Made by a program: the position numbers and the translations under genes. From positions 1-64,000 of the forward strand of contig DASXEJ010000088.1 in the NCBI GenBank assembly GCA_036490175.1: DNA of 64,000 bases, written 5' to 3'. This document shows, one piece after another, positions 57,989-64,000 of the stretch; position 1 is the first letter of the stretch; each line of letters starts with the position of its first letter. Below the pieces are notes generated by a model. The model had not been told where the DNA came from. It worked only from the letters and a program-made list of their open reading frames with translations, and did not search any database. The DNA comes from Pirellulales bacterium. GTDB taxonomy: Bacteria; Planctomycetota; Planctomycetia; Pirellulales; JACPPG01.

Positions 57989-60391
57989 GTGAAGCGGTTC
58001 ACTCTCAAAATAATGCCGCTCGTTGCGCTGCTGGTGATCGGCGTTGGCGACCAGCGACATGCCTACGGCACGGTCGGGGCCTTGCCCCGCATCGATCCGA
58101 GCGGCCAGCGGTTGTTTGTATGGGACAATCAGCCCTACTCAAAGTACCAGCCAGTACCAGGGCGTCCACATCCCAGGAACATGATGTTCCTGAAGCTCGC
58201 ACCTGCCAAGGTCATCGCACCAGTCGGCTCGGAAGTTGTTCTGGTGGGAAGCATCTGCGGACCCGACGGTTATATGCATGCCGGCGAGCGCGTCGAGTGG
58301 ATGATCGCGCCGGGCGGCGTTGGACAGTTTGTCTCGTTGGGCGATCGTAGCTTTCTGGATTGCCTGGCGAGCCCCAAGCTACGCCCACAGAAGTTGGACA
58401 ACTCCTACGCAGTCGGCACAACGTCTGCGCGATACATCGCTCTCACGCGTGGCACGCCTACCTACGATGACGACGTGCCCGTGCAAAAGGGACAGGCCTA
58501 TATCACGGTCACGTCCCCTGTCGAAGGGGCCAGCTTCGTTACGGCTTTCGCTCCCAACGTGTACGGTTGGGACCAGCGCCAACGTACCTCGACGATTTAC
58601 TGGGTCGATGCACAATGGACATTGCCTCCGCCATCGACAAACCCAATTGGCACAACGCACGCCTTCACAACCAGCGTGACTCGGCAGACTGACCATTCGC
58701 CGCTTGTGGGTTGGCTCGTTCGATACGAAATCACCGGCGGTCCGGCAGCCAATTTCGCTCCTAATGGTGGCCAGGTCATCGAGGTTCCGACTAACGATCT
58801 CGGCCAGGCCACTGCCGAAATTGTCCAACAGCAGGGAGCGGCCGGCAGCAACGCCATTTCCGTACAAATTATCCGGCCGGCTGAACTATCCGGCAGCTAC
58901 GGCCAACGGCTGGTCGTCGGCAATGGATCCACGATGGAGACCTGGGCTGCGTCGGGCAGCCTTTCGCTTCGTACCACCGGACCCAGCCAAGCTACGGTGG
59001 GTTCCACAGTGACATATCGCATAGATGTCTCAAATCCTAGTCCCTTGTCCGTCCGGCAAGCCGTGGTGACGGATCAGATTCCGGCCGGTTTGACCTTTGT
59101 TAGTAGCACTCCCCCGGCTCAACCCGCCGGTGGACGACTCGAATGGCAGCTTGGCGACGTTAATGCCGGGCAAAGTGTCGTGATCGAGGCCGACTTTCGC
59201 GCAGATAAGGCAGGCACGATCAGCAATTGCGCCGCACTCTCCTCGGCCGAGGGACTGTCGGCGCAAAGCTGCGCCACGACCACGGTGATGGCAACCGCAC
59301 TGCCACCACAAGCCATCTCGGTAACGATGAGCGCGCCACCGACGGCCACGGTAGGTCAAGACGTGGAATTCGTGGCTGTCGTCACCAATCGCAGCACAAT
59401 GCCAACACCACCACTGACGATTGTCGACCGCTTTGATCCGAGCCTGCAAAATGCTGCAGGCCCCAGTCCCATCGAACAAAGCGTCAATCCGATTCAACCC
59501 GGCCAATCGCAGACCATTCGGCTAACCCTGCGCCCGATGCAAGCAGGCCAGTTGTGCAATACGGTCGAGGTGCAAACAAACGATCGCACAATTCTCGGCA
59601 CAACACAGGCGTGCGTCACTGCCGCCGCGCAAGCGGCTGCACCCACCGTGCGACCGACGATAACCGTCAAGAAAACCGGTCCGCAGCAATTAGCCGCCGG
59701 GCAAACGGCAAACTTTCAGATCGAGATTGCCAACGTCGGACAGGTTCCTGCCACACAAGTGCGATTGGCGGACAACTACGACAGTGCGCTTGAGCCGACT
59801 AGCGCGACCGACGGTCACAACTGGGTCGGCAGTGACCTGGTGTGGGTGCTCGATACGCTCCCGCCGGGCAGATCATTTACTTACGAGGTTCGCTGCCTCT
59901 GTAACGCGCCCGCGGCGAGGGCCTGTAACCGGGCGACGGTCACCACGGCCGAAGGCGTCACCGCCAACGATGACGCCTGCCTTGTGATCACGCCTACCGC
60001 GGCCCAGGCGACACCCGCAGTGCCAGGCAAATTGACGATTGATGTGGCCGATCTTGTCGAGCCCGTCGCCGCCGGTCGCAACACGACCTATCAGGTCAAA
60101 GTCACGAATGCTGGCCAGGCAGCCGATAGCCAAATCACGCTTACCGTGACACTGCCACCCGAGATGACTCCGCTAGGCGTCGGACCCGGTGGCATCACCA
60201 ATGCGAACATCAATGGCAAGTCTGTAAATTTTGCCCCGGTGCAAGCTCTGGCGCCTGGTGAAACGCTCACCTTTCAAGTCCAAGCGCGCGCCGATGTAGC
60301 GGGGCAAGCTCGGGTGCAGGCCCAGGTCAAAAGCGCCGGAGTCCCTGCCGGCGTCCTGGGCGAAGAGCTGACGACCATACTTGCTCAGTAG
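57989..60391 (+). CDS. Cell-surface protein with multiple DUF11 (conserved repeat / CARDB-like) domains
   Basis: Signal peptide, then repeated ~100-aa modules with the pattern T..Y.I.V.N.G...A.NV.V.D.LP.GL.....S and paired Cys (NCAALSS...QSCATT; LCNTVE...QACVTA; ACNRATV...DACLVI). Confidence 0.7.
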   Translation: MKRFTLKIMPLVALLVIGVGDQRHAYGTVGALPRIDPSGQRLFVWDNQPYSKYQPVPGRPHPRNMMFLKLAPAKVIAPVGSEVVLVGSICGPDGYMHAGERVEWMIAPGGVGQFVSLGDRSFLDCLASPKLRPQKLDNSYAVGTTSARYIALTRGTPTYDDDVPVQKGQAYITVTSPVEGASFVTAFAPNVYGWDQRQRTSTIYWVDAQWTLPPPSTNPIGTTHAFTTSVTRQTDHSPLVGWLVRYEITGGPAANFAPNGGQVIEVPTNDLGQATAEIVQQQGAAGSNAISVQIIRPAELSGSYGQRLVVGNGSTMETWAASGSLSLRTTGPSQATVGSTVTYRIDVSNPSPLSVRQAVVTDQIPAGLTFVSSTPPAQPAGGRLEWQLGDVNAGQSVVIEADFRADKAGTISNCAALSSAEGLSAQSCATTTVMATALPPQAISVTMSAPPTATVGQDVEFVAVVTNRSTMPTPPLTIVDRFDPSLQNAAGPSPIEQSVNPIQPGQSQTIRLTLRPMQAGQLCNTVEVQTNDRTILGTTQACVTAAAQAAAPTVRPTITVKKTGPQQLAAGQTANFQIEIANVGQVPATQVRLADNYDSALEPTSATDGHNWVGSDLVWVLDTLPPGRSFTYEVRCLCNAPAARACNRATVTTAEGVTANDDACLVITPTAAQATPAVPGKLTIDVADLVEPVAAGRNTTYQVKVTNAGQAADSQITLTVTLPPEMTPLGVGPGGITNANINGKSVNFAPVQALAPGETLTFQVQARADVAGQARVQAQVKSAGVPAGVLGEELTTILAQ

Positions 60392-60543
60392 CCAAGGCCA
60401 CAGTACGGCCTTCCGTCTGGTAGCATGGGCGGAGCGGTTACTGCCGCAGGCGTTGCACCTCGAAGGGGGCGACGTCTCTCGACGGCACGCCAAACTGGGC
60501 GGTGCTCATTTATCGAATCTTCCACTGAGCAAATCGCAAGATC

Positions 60544-60951
60544 GTGGATAGCGCCCGCACCCCCTCGATCCGATTCGTGGTCCTGCGTCACGCGCCGGGC
60601 TCGCGATCGTCCCGCGCGCTGCACTGGGATTTCATGGTCGAGGTCGGCGACTCGTTGCGAACATGGGCCCTGGCCGAAGAACCGACCGCACAGCGATCGA
60701 TCGAGGCGCACGCGTTGCCGCCGCATCGTCTGGCGTATCTGGAATATGAGGGGGCCATTTCCGCAGACCGGGGTATGGTCGCCCAATGGGATCACGGCAC
60801 GTACAGCATGCTGGCCGATTCGGAAGACCTGCTGATCCTGGATCTTGCAGGCGGTCGTCTACGCGGACAAGTCCGCCTGACGCGGCAGAAGGACTCAACA
60901 GGTCATTGGATCTTTAGATTCTCATCAGGCCTGGCGGCAACGTCCGATTGA
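60544..60951 (+). CDS. Standalone DNA ligase D 3'-phosphoesterase (LigD-PE) domain protein
   Basis: RFVVLRHAPGSRSSRALHWDFMVEV...RTWAL matches the LigD PE signature FV.Q.H.A...HYD.RLE...SWA. HRLAYLEYEGAI...GMVAQWDHGTY...GGRLRGQVRLTR matches the distal PE motifs. Confidence 0.75.
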   Translation: MDSARTPSIRFVVLRHAPGSRSSRALHWDFMVEVGDSLRTWALAEEPTAQRSIEAHALPPHRLAYLEYEGAISADRGMVAQWDHGTYSMLADSEDLLILDLAGGRLRGQVRLTRQKDSTGHWIFRFSSGLAATSD

Positions 60952-61736
60952 GGTCTGGCGGGTTCCGAGCTCGGCGAGTCGGGCACTTGCAGTGGCCCTG
61001 TGCGCCCGGCCAGGTAAATCTCCTGGTTTCGCAACTCGAAAGCATCCAGCCGATAGACCGTGGTTTCTGTCTGCGCGGCCGGCAACGTGATCAGCGCCAC
61101 GGGATCCCCGTGCATTTGACGCCATTCGACACGCAGATTCAGCCGCTCGGCTGCCTTCGCCACACCGTCGACGATCGGGGTCATCGGCACGGGCAACAGG
61201 CCGGCACGTGTCGCATGAATTCGTAGCGCTACCACGCGCGGCTCAGCCAGGTACATTTCAAACGTGGCAGTAACGACCGTCGACAGTCCACAATACTGAT
61301 AAGTGCAGGCAACAATCGCACGACCGGGTTCGATATGGACGCGGGGCTCGCCGACCGCAGGCGGAAGTAAGTCCTGATGATTCTGCACCAGATCGACCGC
61401 TAGCCAGCCGTTGATCTGCTGTTCGGTAATCTGGGCGTACCAATTTCCCTCGCGGCGCGACGTGTTGGCAAGCGCGGTGGCCGTCTCCAACATCGCGTCG
61501 TTCCCTTCACGCTGGCCGTCAATATCGGCAAGTTGGCTCTGGGAATAGAACCCTGGCACATACCGCAGTGCACATATGAACGTGCCCAGCGCCAGCGCAA
61601 GAACAAGCACCCCGCCAGCGACGAGGACACAGACAAGCCTGGCTTTGCGGCGATTGGTCGCGGCCTCGCTCACAGACCATTCCCACAGGTGTTGGTCGAA
61701 ACGATAGAATTCGCGCACGCATCGCCCGTATTGCAA
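60903..61736 (-). CDS. Hypothetical membrane protein (one TM), convergently overlapping the 3' end of the LigD-PE gene by 49 nt
   Basis: ORF with TM segment LVCVLVAGGVLVLALALGTFICAL. No recognisable motif, and the overlap lowers confidence. Confidence 0.4.
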   Translation of the reverse strand: MQYGRCVREFYRFDQHLWEWSVSEAATNRRKARLVCVLVAGGVLVLALALGTFICALRYVPGFYSQSQLADIDGQREGNDAMLETATALANTSRREGNWYAQITEQQINGWLAVDLVQNHQDLLPPAVGEPRVHIEPGRAIVACTYQYCGLSTVVTATFEMYLAEPRVVALRIHATRAGLLPVPMTPIVDGVAKAAERLNLRVEWRQMHGDPVALITLPAAQTETTVYRLDAFELRNQEIYLAGRTGPLQVPDSPSSEPARPQSDVAARPDENLKIQ

Positions 61737-61870
61737 TACGGGCTTAGGCCGAAAGTGGGGAGGCCGGATAGTACGGACGAAGTGCGATAGCAGTCAATGC
61801 GGATTGCGCCGGCACATCTTGTGTTAGCACGCGCCGTCGGACGTTTTTCTTCGATACGCCAGCCCTGCTA

Positions 61871-63154
61871 TCAGTCCGCGAACCGCAGTAGCGCGTAGCT
61901 TTTCTTGCCCGAGCGCAGTACCAGCACCGTTTCGCTGGCGAGGTCTGTTACGCCTAAAACCACCTCCGCACCGGCTATACGTCGATTGTTCACGTAGCCT
62001 CCCCCTTGCGTCATGGTGCGGCGTGCGTCTCCCTTGCTCTTGGCTAGACCGGCCGTGACAAAAGCGTCGACGACGTTGAGCCCGGCAGCCAAGGTTGCCC
62101 GCGGCACGGTCTGACTGGGAACGTCGGCAAAAATCTCGCTCAGCTCCGCGTCGGAAAGTGCCTCGATCTCGGCCCCAAAGAGAATCTCCGTCGCACGCTG
62201 GGCTTTGGTCAGCCCGGCGCTACCATGAACGAGTCGGGTGATCTCCTCGGCCAGCCGGCGCTGACTTTCGCGTCGGCCGGGGTCGGCAGCGCGGGCCGCG
62301 TCGAGCGATTCAATTTCGTCGCGAGACAAATCCGTGAAGAAACGCAAGCACTTGCCCGCATCCGCATCGTCGACATTGATCCAATACTGATAGAAGCGGT
62401 AGGGACTAGTCCGTTCGGGCGAAAGCCAAAGGGCGCCCGACTCGGTTTTTCCCATCTTCGTACCGTCGCTCTTGGTCAAGAGCGGGCAGGTAATACCATA
62501 CAACTGTACGGCACGCATCCGTCTTGCCAGATCGATTCCGGCCGTGATATTGCCCCACTGGTCGCTGCCGCCGATTTGCAGCTCGCAGCCAAAGTCTTGA
62601 TTCAGGTGCACGAAATCGTACGCTTGCAGCAACATGTAACTGAACTCGGTGAAGCTCAAGCCGCTGTCGCTGCGCTCAAGGCGGCTGCGTACTGAATCCT
62701 TGGCCAACATTACATTGACCGGAAAGTTCTTGCCCACGTCTCGCAGGAAATCGAGGTAACTGAATCCGCGCATCCAGTCATAATTGTTGACGAGCCGCGC
62801 GCCAGTGGGGCCCGAATCAAAATCCAGGAACGCGCGCATCTGGGACTGCATGGCGGCGACATTTTGCGCTAGTGCTTCCGCCGACAGCAGATTGCGTTCC
62901 TCGCTCTTGCCGCTGGGGTCGCCGATCATTCCTGTCGCACCTCCGACCAACGCGATCGGCGGGTGGCCCGCGCGCTGAAAACGGCGGAGCATCATAAGCG
63001 CCACCATGTGCCCCACGTGCAGGCTATCGGCCGTAGGATCAAAGCCGGCATAGACGGCGCACGGCTGTTCCATCAGCCGACGCCGCAGGTGGACTTCATC
63101 CGTGGTCTGGTGGATCAAGCCTCGCCAGGAGAGTTCTTCGTAAATATCGTACAC
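61871..63154 (-). CDS. tyrS: Tyrosyl-tRNA synthetase
   Basis: HIGH-type motif (SLHVGHMVALMML), KMSKS-type motif (KMGKT), and a C-terminal S4-like domain. Confidence 0.9.
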   Translation of the reverse strand: MYDIYEELSWRGLIHQTTDEVHLRRRLMEQPCAVYAGFDPTADSLHVGHMVALMMLRRFQRAGHPPIALVGGATGMIGDPSGKSEERNLLSAEALAQNVAAMQSQMRAFLDFDSGPTGARLVNNYDWMRGFSYLDFLRDVGKNFPVNVMLAKDSVRSRLERSDSGLSFTEFSYMLLQAYDFVHLNQDFGCELQIGGSDQWGNITAGIDLARRMRAVQLYGITCPLLTKSDGTKMGKTESGALWLSPERTSPYRFYQYWINVDDADAGKCLRFFTDLSRDEIESLDAARAADPGRRESQRRLAEEITRLVHGSAGLTKAQRATEILFGAEIEALSDAELSEIFADVPSQTVPRATLAAGLNVVDAFVTAGLAKSKGDARRTMTQGGGYVNNRRIAGAEVVLGVTDLASETVLVLRSGKKSYALLRFAD

Positions 63155-63546
63155 GTAGGATCCTTGTCGTTTTGATCACACAATGTCGGAAGAAGGTCGG
63201 CGGCGAGCCATCCTAACGGAAGGCCCGCTGGTGGCGGTAGTGCAGCGTCGCAGCGACTTGGCAACTGAACCGGCATTCCCTTCACCTCCGTATCCTGGAG
63301 GGATATTAAGGGGGTCAAACGCCCTTCCGCGGTGAGCGGTCGCCCCGACCCGCAGATCCCAGGCAGGCGGCGTCTCGGACTGTGGCTATCTGCAATTCCG
63401 GACCACTAATCACGTTATGGTATCCCGATTGCTCCGCTCGAAAAGACCAGACGGTTCGGCTCCCCCAGGCCGGTCCGGACGTGACGTATGATTGAATGGC
63501 CGTCCCGTGACGGCACTTCTCAATCCATTGGCAAAGGACTCGACTC

Positions 63547-64000
63547 ATGAGCATTCTCAGCCGATTGGGGGCTGTTCTATTGTTGTGCGTCGCCGGCATC
63601 GTTCATGCGGACGACGCTGCGCCAACCGGCGATCAGGCGAACGCTGCCGAGACAAAAAAGACCGTTGAATTCGATGGCCAGACCCTGGTATTGGCCTATG
63701 AGGCCGACAGCGACGGAGACACGATCCAGGAATTCATACCGGCGGACGAGACGCTCGATTCCTGGACCAGCTTGGCCGCCGTGCGCGAGCATGCCGAATT
63801 AGATGATCCACAAGAATTCGCGGAGAAGGTCGTCGAGCAGCTCGAGAAGCGCGATCCGCCTGCTAACTACGAGTTGCTGGCCAACCCGAACACGGGCGAA
63901 GTCATTCTGAACTTCATCGTCTGGCCCGAAGATCTCGCATATGCCGAGTTCAACCTCTTTCGCTATCGTCCAAAAGAGGGAGGCGGCCTGACCTCATACC
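63547..64000 (+). CDS. Secreted hypothetical protein, 5' partial in this window (continues past the edge)
   Basis: ATG at 63547 with signal peptide MSILSRLGAVLLLCVAGIVHA. The frame stays open to the window end. Confidence 0.45.
   Translation, partial: MSILSRLGAVLLLCVAGIVHADDAAPTGDQANAAETKKTVEFDGQTLVLAYEADSDGDTIQEFIPADETLDSWTSLAAVREHAELDDPQEFAEKVVEQLEKRDPPANYELLANPNTGEVILNFIVWPEDLAYAEFNLFRYRPKEGGGLTSY

Overview
High-GC bacterial chromosomal segment with a Planctomycetes-like gene repertoire: sulfatases with the C-x-P-x-R formylglycine motif, DUF1080 and DUF11-repeat proteins, and many Sec-signal hypotheticals. It is mostly core and housekeeping DNA. Two paralogous MFP-RND-RND (MdtABC-type) efflux operons are present (1..6217 minus, 18248..25766 plus). 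Other identified genes are a flotillin, two sulfatases, a propeller-sensor histidine kinase with a NarL-type regulator, a standalone LarA homolog, lipB-lipA, smpB, PSP1/RicT, ffh-rpsP-trmD-rplS, YraN, tmk, a WYL regulator, a TolC-family outer-membrane protein, a LigD-type 3'-phosphoesterase and tyrS. The most unusual region is a tightly coupled six-gene cluster at 31364..37870. It encodes an ABC ATPase, a FtsX/MacB-like permease with a ~130-aa His/Asp-rich periplasmic insertion, and two paralog pairs of secreted proteins: a C-P-F-C family and a DUF3299-like CC-motif family. I read it as a candidate undescribed metal-handling or export system. Other points worth a second look are a 41-aa Cys-rich cationic secreted peptide gene with its own RBS and terminator (41969..42152), an LpxH-family gene interrupted by an in-frame TGA (40656..41399), a lysine-less lipoyl-domain protein in the lipB-lipA operon, two translationally coupled or frameshifted small ORFs (39824..40188), a repeat-rich regulatory region between the two sulfatases, and a ~1.4-kb gene-poor region (46727..48162). 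All calls rest on reading the six-frame translations and the DNA directly; no database search was run.
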